Below, piece by piece: positions 50,227 to 58,110 of a stretch of DNA of 64,000 nucleotides. Numbering within the stretch: position 1 is the stretch's first letter; each line of letters begins with the position of its first letter. The position numbers and the translations under genes are program-made. Where the stretch lies: assembly GCA_976226885.1 (NCBI GenBank), contig OZ320317.1, forward strand, positions 50,034,001 through 50,098,000. The letters are read 5' to 3'. Source of the stretch: Iphione sp. A-MEVVRFRX5 (Eukaryota). The notes below the pieces were generated by a model, which ran no database searches, had not been told where the DNA came from, and saw only the letters and a program-made list of their open reading frames with translations.

Positions 50227-50540
50227 ACGATATTTGTATTGATACATTGCAGTAGTATGCATAAACATATGCTTGTTAATATTCGCATAGATTAGTCAAC
50301 TATTGCACTCTTTTTTGCCGTCTCGCTCTTGCTCTTAGGACTGCGTTAGAATCCGTCAAACCAGATTCTGTATCTCTTATTCTTTCTCCCATCAAGGCTG
50401 GACACAAGCTGGACTGTAATTGTTGCGAAGGTGATGGTGAGTATATCACTCATAGCGTCACCTGCTGGCCCTCGGGTATCGTCAGAGACGTTGAAGTCCT
50501 CCACTTCACTAACTGTGGCTGTACTTACCAAGAGCCTTGA
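133..50540 (+). CDS. Giant secreted mucin-like glycoprotein, 5'-partial (PTS tracts, about 20 discoidin-like repeats, TSP1/TIL/VWC-like modules, C-terminal cystine knot); 78 coding exons, 8,083 aa in window
   Basis: Manually spliced GT-AG exons: 133-352, 790-1067, 1252-1471, 1661-1888, 2064-2338, 2583-2745, 3027-3191, 4259-4533, 5029-5191, 5407-5484, 5655-5732, 5868-6142, 6426-6588, 6851-7009, 7146-7214, 7585-7859, 8086-8239, 8538-8759, 9115-9386, 9862-10024, 10218-10286, 10403-10498, 10730-10998, 11826-11985, 12306-12446, 12835-12930, 13181-13455, 14006-14159, 14372-16438, 16991-17268, 17560-17779, 18209-18486, 19043-20981, 21243-21566, 21895-22175, 22513-22666, 22930-22986, 23145-23195, 23391-23668, 23941-24088, 24553-25362, 25598-25848, 25994-26153, 26409-26522, 26663-26931, 27210-27366, 27565-27606, 27823-28097, 28641-28788, 28926-32993, 33132-33185, 33612-33722, 34036-34083, 34525-34611, 35376-35653, 35942-36161, 37348-37625, 37894-39829, 40403-40680, 40955-41174, 41582-41859, 42132-42894, 43031-43295, 43561-43610, 43836-44003, 44310-44477, 44891-45027, 45418-45527, 45678-45724, 45862-45937, 46659-46823, 47147-47199, 47807-48076, 48285-48478, 48915-49022, 49336-49393, 49742-49905, 50397-50540. 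Every junction phase matches its neighbour, the total is 24,252 nt (divisible by 3), and the frame ends in TGA at 50538-50540. Mucin/CTCK class assigned from established domain patterns. Confidence 0.9.
2064..14159 (+). CDS. Seven subfamily B repeat domains (C-A-H-x-E-Q...LME(V/I)PPF-x-VTN...TI-x-DV-x-IKVC-x-x-P), separated by short Thr-rich exons
   Basis: Exon pairs 2064-2338/2583-2745, 4259-4533/5029-5191, 5868-6142/6426-6588, 7585-7859/8086-8239, 9115-9386/9862-10024, 10730-10998/11826-11985, 13181-13455/14006-14159. The translations align with each other; all pairs are phase 1-0-1. Confidence 0.85.
3195..3807. mobile_element. 613-bp non-autonomous DNA transposon (MITE, Tc1/mariner-pogo-like) inserted in the TA of a splice donor
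   Basis: TA at 3193-3194 and 3808-3809. TIRs CAGTGGAGTGCCTCCATAGGGAC and (reverse complement) CAGCAGAGAACCTC-ATAGGGAC match at 18/23. Four internal ~60-bp tandem copies at about 3445-3680. No transposase ORF. Confidence 0.7.
4044..4206. mobile_element. Possible small degenerate hAT-type MITE
   Basis: Ends CAGGCCTGTAGCC and GGCTACGGACATA form an imperfect inverted pair; internal direct repeat tgtggggg..ggtatc.gatgatac occurs twice. A target-site duplication is only approximate. Confidence 0.35.
11150..11640 (-). mobile_element. Penelope-like element 3' end / pseudo-LTR remnant, antisense in an intron
   Basis: On the minus strand, a decayed LIDFWDLHPYG stretch (resembles the L-x-P-x-G-L-N end of PLE GIY-YIG endonucleases) is followed by a hammerhead core and then AATAAA (plus-strand tttatt, 11218-11223). 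This order is typical of PLE pLTRs. Boundaries are approximate. Confidence 0.5.
11243..11280 (-). ncRNA. Minimal type I hammerhead ribozyme motif
   Basis: Minus strand reads UGC-CUGAAGA-A-GGCCC-AGUGUA-GGGCC-GAAA-GCU-U-GCA: conserved core, 5-bp stem II, 3-bp stem I (UGC/GCA), and a palindromic AAGCUU in place of a stem III hairpin. Confidence 0.7.
14372..16438 (+). repeat. Large PTS exon (2,067 nt) with 9 copies of a 186-bp / 62-aa coding repeat
   Basis: Unit PGVHVTTSTPTVGTTTTPGVYSTTTTGTTGTTSVTGTTGGTSTTTTGVTGTTTTGVTGTTTT; phase 1-1 exon inside ORF 14344-16509. Confidence 0.9.
16991..19189 (+). CDS. Tandem pair of subfamily A repeat domains (older copy of the duplicated cassette)
   Basis: Exons 16991-17268, 17560-17779, 18209-18486 and the 5' part of 19043-20981; motifs APCANGI(R/H)LWD...GFKYFW(N/H)Q and PDSN...KDFMAEFCEE. 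Confidence 0.85.
19450..20940 (+). repeat. 8 copies of the 186-bp / 62-aa PTS repeat in exon 19043-20981
   Basis: The Pro codon of PGVHV is at 19454, 19640 and so on to 20756, a 186-bp period. Confidence 0.9.
21895..28788 (+). CDS. Five divergent (subfamily C) repeat domains; the last is the most recognisably F5/8 type C (discoidin)-like
   Basis: Exon pairs 21895-22175/22513-22666, 23391-23668/23941-24088, 25598-25848/25994-26153, 26663-26931/27210-27366, 27823-28097/28641-28788. The last reads C...VSASSSSS...GAVWMPLASD...VWYEVSL...PVDVMRFVIIP...ALRNLTVEVC, close to the discoidin pattern (ASS...W-x-P...W-x-x-V-x-L...R-x-x-x-x-P...LR-x-E-x-x-GC). Confidence 0.75.
24645..25290 (+). repeat. 3 copies of a 213-bp / 71-aa Thr/Ser-rich coding repeat in exon 24553-25362
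   Basis: cctggcacaacc recurs at 24645, 24858 and 25071; the unit differs from the 62-aa repeat (no His or Tyr). Confidence 0.85.
28926..32993 (+). repeat. Largest PTS exon (4,068 nt, 1,356 codons) with about 17-18 copies of the 62-aa repeat
   Basis: Inside ORF 28805-33004; acceptor ccag at 28922-28925 and donor gtagga at 32994. Confidence 0.9.
35376..38040 (+). CDS. Tandem pair of subfamily A domains, recent copy 1
   Basis: Exons 35376-35653, 35942-36161, 37348-37625 and the 5' part of 37894-39829. Confidence 0.85.
36508..37285. mobile_element. 778-bp MITE (Tc1/mariner-pogo-like, TA target duplication)
   Basis: 23-bp TIRs CAGGAGAAACTCACTTTGCGACC / GGTCGCAAAGTGAGGTTCTCCTG (1 mismatch); TA at 36506-36507 and 37286-37287; many subterminal TTGCGACC motifs; empty paralogous site near 41520. 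Confidence 0.9.
37024..37143. repeat. 4 x 31-bp tandem repeat inside the MITE
   Basis: agtcatcaaattcagcactttttggac starts at 37024, 37055, 37086 and 37117. Confidence 0.9.
38370..39500 (+). repeat. About 6-7 copies of the 62-aa PTS repeat in exon 37894-39829
   Basis: PGVHVTTSTPTVG units in ORF 37975-39843. Confidence 0.85.
40403..42278 (+). CDS. Tandem pair of subfamily A domains, recent copy 2
   Basis: Exons 40403-40680, 40955-41174, 41582-41859 and the 5' part of 42132-42894; exons and introns are nearly identical to 35376-38040. Confidence 0.85.
43836..44477 (+). CDS. Two thrombospondin type 1 repeats
   Basis: [26 protein letters not shown]...C and GCEWTSWTSWSNCSVDCGGTRIRHR...C show the W-x-x-W-x-x-W, CSxxCG and R-x-R motifs (exons 43836-44003, 44310-44477). 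Confidence 0.9.
44891..45724 (+). CDS. TIL domain followed by a short VWC-like (TILa) module
   Basis: CVWPRVWTGCENYTHCPASCAD...C...CEPACRCPLGT-VENGYGDCVHVTECPC...CEICECHMGTYNCTPKDC (exons 44891-45027, 45418-45527, 45678-45724). Confidence 0.85.
45862..48076 (+). CDS. TSP1 repeats 3 and 4 with an intervening VWC-like module and a short Thr tract
   Basis: DCGYTEWAEWSDCSSNCGGVQFRTR...C (45862-45937 plus 46659-46823), CSICYC...C (47147-47199), and [43 protein letters not shown] (47807-48076). Confidence 0.9.
48285..49393 (+). CDS. Second TIL domain plus VWC-like module
   Basis: CGENEHW...CEQTC...C...CACVPGFFRHGNGTCVPIEEC, then W...DPC...C...CSC...CCNC (exons 48285-48478, 48915-49022, 49336-49393). 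Confidence 0.8.
49742..50540 (+). CDS. C-terminal cystine knot (CTCK) domain
   Basis: KC...VC...YCSGYC...DCNCC...TC...NCGC pattern over exons 49742-49905 and 50397-50540, as in VWF and gel-forming mucin CTCK domains. Confidence 0.9.
50156..50225. repeat. (TC)35 microsatellite preceded by degenerate (GTCT)n
   Basis: Direct reading of the intron 49906-50396. Confidence 0.95.
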
Positions 50541-50580
50541 GAAGCTCCAGGAGAGGCTCTGCTACACTGACCCTTGAATG

Positions 50581-50867
50581 GTAGGTACATCACTCACTTA
50601 GATCCCGAAGCCTCGTGTACTGGTAGTCTTAATTTCCATCAAAACATTTAGTAAAATAGATAGTTTTTAAGATATACATAATGATTTGAAATGGTAATGA
50701 AGTAGTTCGAAAACATTTCCAAATCACACTAGATTCTCTACGTAGCGCGCAGGTTATCATTAGTGACATATAAGTTGTCACGGTTCTATGCATATTACAG
50801 TATACTATTATACACCCTCTGGTAATATCTTTGTAGTAATGCGCATGTGTTTCTTTCCTTTTCACAG
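50581..50867 (+). other. Probable intron in the 3' UTR
   Basis: Donor atg|gtaggt (the same gtaggt donor is used by several coding exons of this gene) and acceptor gtttctttccttttcacag| ending at 50867. Confidence 0.55.
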
Positions 50868-50982
50868 ACGTTGACCAGTGAGATACAGTCGTCTTCGGCG
50901 CACAGCTAACTTCACAGATAAATGACATCTACAATGCAACGACACTTAAAGGACAAATCTATTCACTGATATCGAAAAATAT

Positions 50983-51087
50983 AATAAAGCTTTAAAATAG
51001 CATGCATACACATGATAGATTCTGCGTCGTTTGTTCTTATTTCTTATTACTGGCAATGTAAAATACAGTAGATTAGGAGTAAATAAA
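50983..51087 (+). terminator. Candidate polyadenylation signals of the mucin gene
   Basis: AATAAA at 50983-50988 and 51082-51087; which one is used cannot be determined from sequence. Confidence 0.4.
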
Positions 51088-53499
51088 ACATATCTGTGTA
51101 CAATGATTTAAGACTAAGGGCATGTGAAGGAAAAGCTTAAAATATACTGTAATCGAATACTGTTGAACATAAAAACATTTTTTAAAACTCACTGCAGTAG
51201 ATAAGTTAGCTTTAATTGTTTTGATGACTTTGGTCAAGGAATCTAGAAATTCATCTGTCCAACCACGTGAATTTTGGACTGTCCGAGACTACTAAACGTT
51301 AACCTCTCAAATTTACACACGGATCACTTGACCCTTTAAAAGCAATGCGAGATATGAACAAAGAAAATATACCGACAAATCTTTCTTTAAGACTACTGAG
51401 TCATAACAGACAACCTGTGGTAAATCAAATCAACCAATTACTGAGATGTCGACCAGACAGACAGAGTGCAGCGCCTTTTGCCTTTTGCGGCGTCATGATT
51501 GACTCAATCGATAAAAATGCTTAGTTGGAAACTACGTAAATATCGCATTGTAATGTACTATCAAATTCTCGGCCATATAACAACAAGAACGCTTACAGTG
51601 CTTGTGCTTATTTCATGAAAATTGCCCTCTTCAGAGCTGATGTGATAATAATTTTTCTCACCCCCAGATAGAATTTTAAAACAAAGTACTGAGGATTACA
51701 TTGTGTTTGCTATATATAGATTACTTCACATAATTATCTATTAGGAATGGCCGACAGGATATAGGATAATTTATCCCCGTCCTTCAGGTGTTAAAATTGA
51801 AGTTCTTCTCTCTTAATATATGTATAATACTAACACATCAATCTGGATTATTCATTACTTACCATGAGTAAGTACGTACCCACGTTGGCTCTGCTAATAT
51901 ATAAATAGAACCATTGCAAGAAGGGAAATATATGTACATATACACCACGAAGCACCAAGCGCCATTATTAGTACTTTAAACTTTATTACAAACAGTAGTA
52001 CATTGGTAGTAAAACGGCCAGGAAAGAGTTCAGCAATGGACATAGCTCAGCAAAGAGCGAGATGAGAGTGTGACCTTGAATTGACCTTGACGGAAGGATA
52101 ATTCCCAGCCGGGAGTACGAGAAGCCTGGAAAGCAAGTACACTGGCAAGATGCTTCGTCACATAAATAACAGAGGTTATATTAAATAATGTTCCTTGAAC
52201 TAAGCTTTATAAATATTACTCTAACTATGACCACATTAATGGGAAAAAAGCTCCATTTTTGAGCAGAACAAAATCTAAATGGTTCTCACAAGAGCCACAT
52301 TAAAAGTCTTCCTCAATTTGACACATACATGCAACTATTTATATCAACTACTTCCACCAATCTTATTATAAATTTGCATGAAACATCTTCAACGAATGGT
52401 TGTTGCACAAACAATGGCATTCTAGGCTTCAGGGAATATACAACGTCATATGATGTTAAAGGCATACAAGGTATTTCATAAGAAAAGCGTGGCTCTTCCC
52501 CATTTTCGCCACTGGCATATATATATATCTTGCTGGGGGAATACCTACTGGCGTCCATCAATATACAGTTATAAGTGAATACAAATAGCCCAACAACTAC
52601 ATAGACGTTTGGCTAGACGCTTTAAAAAAACTGAAATGCCGGGGATACAACAATATAAAGCTATTGACAGGACCGACAGGAGCCAACTTCGGGGAAATGA
52701 GGTCAAGTGAGCAAGACGGTCCGGCCTGAGCCAGCCTTTCGCACTGACTGGAAGAGGCGTAGGCTGTTGGCTAAAAACCAGGGACCACTGTATATCTCTC
52801 CTTCTAGTTTTTCTCTTCGCTTTGGACCACTGTGCCAAAGCATCGAGCGGTCTCGTCACTGGCCTTGAATGCTTCGGTCACAACACAGCGCAATGATGAG
52901 AAGGATGTATAACCGTTATCATGCCTTGATGACCACTACTACATCGATGGACAACACACGACGGAGACCAACGGAACGTGCCGTCATGATATTTACGGGA
53001 CCCCTCTGATAATTACAGGCAACCCTACGCATTAAGGTTTCTATACATATTACATGCATATATGTACGCAACTGCGAGGGACATGTCTTTTTGCCATATC
53101 CTCAAATCGTTTAGCTACACTGAGTTACATTAGTTTGGTACTGATATTGTCACATACAAAAGTTAAAAGTCACAAATCCATTGCCTCTAGACAAAATATA
53201 ACTGGCCATTTACGTACATCAGATCACCTTAGTAGAGATACATACTGAGGAAGGGCATTGACAATGAAACACAAGTAATACAGATTTCTATATAAGGTCC
53301 GGATTAAAAAGAAATTGGAGCAATATACACTTTCAAACAATCTAAGAATCTCTTTTCGCTGCACATTGCCTAAATTGTGTCTTGATACGCAAACCGTAAA
53401 TGGCAAGTGCTGAAATATAAAAGTGTACTTTTGGATTATGTACTTCAGCAATACACTTTCTATATCATGTTGGCCCGGTTAACGTTATACGATGCCGCT

Positions 53500-54850
53500 T
53501 TTAAGCATACAGCAAAACAGTAAGGTACTTAATTGTAATACATGTATTCATTTATGACAACACTTAGAAGAATCAAATACATGGAGTCCCTCGTACGCTT
53601 GGGACAATTCGAATGAAATAATTCCCCAATGTCGAGATATGCATGGAGTTGGTATTGTTTTCCGCATGGGAAACCTGCTTAAATACATTCCTCTTGAATA
53701 ACTTGTAATGCTCAGATTAATTTTCACTTTAGATACTACATACATAGTTATCCTCAGGCATGTGCTTATCATGTTACATTGCTTAACGCAACGTTAGTTT
53801 ATACATTTTAACTCCGAGCGACAATTAAAGCAATCCAGTGTTCTGGCATCTGGATCCCACAATTAGATATCTAGAAAGTCACCTGGGCGTCCATTTTCAA
53901 GGACGAATCCTAGGCACGTTTATTTCCTTCTGTGCTCTTTGCGCATCTTAGCAAGCTCTTCTATTCAGGGATCGCTTGGTGTCTCTGAAGGACACATTTT
54001 CTACTGTTATTGCAACATGCTTTGTAAATACGCAAACACGCTGTTTCTTGTATATAAACCAGCTGGTGATTGAACCCTTTTTAAAAATCTCTAATACTAA
54101 ACATAGGGTCCCTTATATAGTCTCTCTTCTTCACACCATGAAGGGTTACTTGTGTATCCATTTAAGTTATGTTTACTCGTCAAATACATCCCAAGATCCA
54201 TTTCGCTCTTCCATAATAACTTCCCTTCAATTATCTTTTTTACTTTATGTAGATAACTTAGACATTGCCATCAGTTGGCGTGGTCCAAATAATAAGAATC
54301 AATATCTTACTCATCTTTATTTTCCTACTTCGCATGTAATCAAAAGGCGAGTCATGCCTTCTCCAGTTGAGTTCCAGTCCCAAACCTATCAATCGTTCCT
54401 AAGGGAGTCCGTCAGTTGTACTTAACCAAGCCATCTGTCCTTCAGTCTTCCCCGTTCTGCATGCTGGCGTCAACGGAAGGCCAAATTGTGTTACGCTGAT
54501 TCATGAATGACCAACTTCTTCCATTAAGGAAGGACTTGTATAGATTAACAGATCCTGGAAACTGTTGCTTTAATCCATGTCTGAATGTACTAATTAAATT
54601 AGATGTTACTTCAACGATGAAACTTACTGGAGACATGCTATCTGTCAGTGGGCATTTGATTTGGTCTTCCGTCTTCTATCTTTTTTCCATGTTAATCTCT
54701 TCCAGTTTAGGCATGGTTTCATGACCATGTGCCAGTGATGGTTTACCATTAAATATTATTTTATACTTGTACGGAGGGCATCTTTTATGTCTTTGCTCAT
54801 GTGATTTCCTCCAGTCGACAAGTTCCGTATTCTTGCCTTAATGTCCATTG
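53500..54850 (-). mobile_element. Possible heavily decayed non-LTR (LINE) ORF2 C-terminal remnant
   Basis: Frameshifted minus-strand fragments such as KIIFNG, LYKSF...IW, SWC and DIGELFHSNCP resemble the order of LINE RT-thumb and CCHC tail motifs. Resemblance by eye only. Confidence 0.3.
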
Positions 54851-54967
54851 TGATATAGCCGTAGCTGCTATATGTATATTTACATACAAATAGATGTATA
54901 AACAGATGAATTAAGCCTTTCTGTGTCAGTTGTCACCGCGCTATATTTCCCAAGAAGTAATTTGCAT

Positions 54968-55055
54968 GTCACAACGATGGAGTGAGTGGTTAAGGCTAAA
55001 GTCCCTTCGCATGTGAGGGAGCCTCCCGATATGCTCGATTTTGCCACCAGACGGC
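54968..55055 (+). mobile_element. Possible tRNA-derived SINE head (degenerate)
   Basis: gtcac...tggagtgagtggttaaggc resembles an A box and tRNA-Ser/Leu 5' end; gctcgattttgcc is a weak B box. It does not fold into an intact tRNA. Confidence 0.25.
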
Positions 55056-56366
55056 TTCAGCGCTGGGCGTTCCCCACTGAGGCTCCAGATTGTCTGTGTA
55101 CTGCAGCATACAGTCAAGGGAAGGACACTTTGTAATACAGGATGCGTAGAGGGGAACATAACATGAGCGCCCGCCACTGTCCTTTACTGGCTGAAACAGT
55201 TTGTAATTACAAAAAACTGAAGCGTAGCCTCTCGACGCTTTCATCTTTACTGGTTTAGAGAAGTGGCATAAACCCGCACCGGAGCAGGGAAAGATCCCCA
55301 CCAGGAGTCTCTGCCATTAAGTGCTCGGCCGTAGGTATCTCAGTATTATCCACAGAAGGCTAAGCGAAAACAGAAGAGTCGTTCCGGAAGTGCTTAGTGC
55401 ATTGGCGCCGGCTATGACGTTGCGCTTGCGCAAGAGAGTCATCTTGGTCGCTGAGACTGGCGGATTTTCCAGGGTATGCCGCATCAGGGTACCACCTGCC
55501 AAAAGAAAGAGAGAACTTTCACCAGGAACCGCGCCCATAACTTCAAATTCCTGTTACTAACCAGGAGAAGCAAATTAAGTGGCAATCCTAAAGTAATGAC
55601 ATGCTTCCTTATGCTTCCAATTTTCTTTCCGATCAGATGTCTTCAAGAGACAGTTCATAACACAAGCAATGTTAGTTCCATTTTTCGATCGAAAACGGAA
55701 CATCACAAATGGAGACCCATACATTGTATCTAACACACAAAAAAGCTAAAGACATATCTGTGTTTTTAAGTTTTAAAACCAACTTATAACTTCGTAAGCA
55801 CCATAACACAAACCATTTGACTGTCCATATCTCCCACACTAAGTGCCTGGTAAGACTACCCGTCGAAACCATGTTATAGTGGACAGAAATACTGCCAAAC
55901 TACTACTAAACCAAAATAGGTTAGGGAGACCTTAAGGTCACCTATGAAAACACTAAAGGCTATATGAAGAGGCAAGAGCTTAGCATTCGTCCAAGTGTAT
56001 CAAACACGGTGGCACAAATTTAGCCAACTACTCTGTCTTCTACTGATAATCACTGACTTCAGGTGGTCTCTTCTCTATGAAAAATATTTAACCACTTCCT
56101 GACCATCTATAGGCTTATCAGCCCAATGCCGCTGATGATCCTACAGATAGATATAAAGAGAAATACATGAAATTTGGGAATTAATTCTCCAATAAATGAA
56201 TTAATTAAGTATTAAAGGGTGTAAGCTATATAACTAGCTCTGAATTTGTTTTGTAATATGCAGAATTATGAAGATGGTCACATGACTTTGCCATAAATTA
56301 GGTGATTAACATTTTGGCTAGTAATCACCTATTCTGACTTTTAAGAATTCTCTATAGCAAACATAT

Positions 56367-56635
56367 TGTGGTGCTGTGGAGTGCGGCATCAGGAGGCAAC
56401 CCCCGGTGCTGAGTGCTGCATGCGGAGTGCGGCACCAGGACGCGCCGGGGAATGCGGAGTGCTGCACTCCCCACCCTCCCCCTGCCCCCTGGGGTGGGTA
56501 TATAAGGGGCTACTGAGGGATGAGGGGGCCAGTTGGAGCTGAGCCACTGTGTTAGTCACATCTCTTGTCTGTTGGAATAAACCCCATTGTCTTAAACCTT
56601 AGTCATGTCTTTATTACGTAACGGCAAACGCTACA
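56367..56635 (+). repeat. 5' LTR (269 bp, TG...CA)
   Basis: Starts TGTGG after ATAT (candidate 4-bp TSD at 56363-56366), ends CTACA one base before the PBS, and contains TATATAA (56499-56505) and AATAAA (56576-56581). The 5' boundary cannot be confirmed without the 3' LTR. Confidence 0.75.
56499..56505 (+). promoter_or_regulatory. LTR TATA box
   Basis: gggTATATAAgggg, 77 bp upstream of the LTR AATAAA; usual U3-R-U5 layout. Confidence 0.6.
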
Positions 56636-56636
56636 T

Positions 56637-56654
56637 TGGTGGCAGCGGTGGGAT
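56637..56654 (+). promoter_or_regulatory. Primer binding site complementary to tRNA-Leu
   Basis: TGGTGGCAGCGGTGGGAT is the reverse complement of ATCCCACCGCTGCCACCA, the 3' end of eukaryotic tRNA-Leu (IAG/UAG type) including CCA. Confidence 0.9.
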
Positions 56655-56803
56655 TTTGCCCACCGCGGGACATGGCCGAGGTCAGTCATTGGGGCGAGGA
56701 TGCCGACGGTGGCCGGTTGGGGCGCCGGAAGTATCAGGGGATTCGGACCAGTGGGATAGCGATGGGACATCGAGCTCGGATGACGAAGTCCAGCTGGGCC
56801 GCA

Positions 56804-56983
56804 GGCCGCACAGCCGCACGCCGCACAGCCGCACGCCGCAACACCACTGACCACACAACAAGAAGCCGCAATGCCGCAGGCCGCAACGCCTCAGGCCGCA
56901 CAACCACAGGCCGCGACGCCGCAGGCCACGACGCCGCAGGCCGCACAGTAGAGGGCCGCAGCGCCGCAGGTCGCACAGCAAGG
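56804..56983 (+). repeat. 12 x 15-bp GC-rich tandem repeat between the PBS and the gag core
   Basis: (g/c)gccgca-type units start every 15 bp from 56804 to 56969. Confidence 0.85.
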
Positions 56984-57156
56984 AGCCACCTTGTCACCGG
57001 GTGCGCAGCCGCAGAGTGCCCCTGAGGGTGCCGCCCAGTCACCCACCACGACGCCCCTCCGTCCAGGCGGGCCCGTAGCGGGGTCAGAGCCTGCCGGCAG
57101 CGCTGACAGTAGCTGACAGGTCTGCCACGACGCTCCCTGGCTCTACGCGGACAGAA

Positions 57157-58102
57157 ATGGAGGACGACCGTGGACAGCTGGTGTGGGGTTTGGTCTCGGG
57201 CCTTCAGGAGGCTTGGCAGGCGACCCCCTCAGTCATCACTCCGGCGCGGAGGTTTCATGTGAAACCAGAAACGTTCGATGGATCAGTTCCCCTAGCCGAG
57301 TACTTGCACCACTTTGGACTAGTAGCCCGGGCTAACTGCTGGGATCGGGCGGAGCAGGCTCTTCAATTGAGCGTCTGCCTGCGCGTCGGCGCATTCGGCC
57401 CTGCAGACGGCGGGGGTTGACGTGGCGGCCGAGGGTGCGTTCGACCAGATCGTCGAGGCATTGAAGAACCGTTTCCAGTCGGCCGACCGGGCCACCTTCT
57501 ATGAGCAGGAGCTCAAACAGAGACGACAGGGAAAGGACGAGGATGCTCAGAAGCTTGCAGAGGATATTGAGCGGTTGGTACGGCAAGCGTACCCAGAAGC
57601 GGAGGGGCCTTGGCTGGACCGCATGTGCCGGGACGCCTTTGTGTCGGCTCTGAGGGAGGAACGAAGCCGTCGCTGGGTGGTCCAGGCCAAGGCCCGCTCG
57701 TTCCAATCCGCTGTGTCAGAGGCGTTGTTGGCTGAGTCTTTCCATTGCGCTGAGAAGGAGCATTCGGGGACGGCGTCAGCCACACGGGTCCACGCCGTGC
57801 GTGCGGAAGAAGGGGAGTCCGTGGCCGCCAGTCGCTCCGCACCGGCGCCGGCCCCGCCCGCATGGGAGCGCGTGGAACAGTTGCTCCTCAAGTTAGTAGA
57901 GCGGCCCCCGGCCACCGCCGGTCGCCGGAATCACCGCCGAGCCCTGGAAGGAGCCTGCTTCTACTGTCACGATCTGGGACATTTCAAGCGGGAGTGCCCG
58001 GCCCAGCTGGCGGCGGAGGCTGGTGCTGCATCCCCTAGCGCCACTTCGGCCACCACCCCCATCGTAGAGTCGGGAAACGGGGGACTGCCCGCCCGAGCCT
58101 AG
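57157..58102 (+). pseudogene. gag: Gag (capsid-like region plus CCHC zinc knuckle), one frameshift near 57385
   Basis: KPETFDGSVPLAEYLHHFGLVARANCW...CLR joins, by a 1-nt shift, to SAHSALQ...ALKNRF...LVRQAYP...CFYCHDLGHFKREC (C-x2-C-x4-H-x4-C), ending at TAG 58100-58102. Confidence 0.85.
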
Positions 58103-58110
58103 AGGGGCAG
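58072..58110 (+). promoter_or_regulatory. Programmed -1 ribosomal frameshift signal (gag to pol)
   Basis: Slippery heptamer G GGA AAC at 58072-58078 in the gag frame, a 6-nt spacer, then stem CTGCCC (58085-58090) / GGGCAG (58105-58110). The -1 frame is open from the heptamer into pol. Confidence 0.75.

Noticed and set aside
50001-50288. ORFs with (ER)n / (RE)n tracts
   Set aside because: Translation of the (TC)35 microsatellite on the minus strand.
50436-50442. Perfect donor consensus G|GTGAGT inside the last coding exon
   Set aside because: The sequence after it encodes the remaining CTCK cysteines, so using it would destroy the knot. Treated as cryptic unless RNA-seq shows use.
52313-52859. 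Minus-strand ORFs 52313-52561 and 52569-52859 as a neighbouring gene
   Set aside because: No recognisable motif, no convincing splice sites and no coding-like bias that I could support.
55929-56331. Short palindromes GACCTTAAGGTC (55929-55940) and TAGGTGATTA...TAATCACCTA (56299-56331)
   Set aside because: Too short to interpret; probably parts of an unidentified repeat into which the LTR element inserted.
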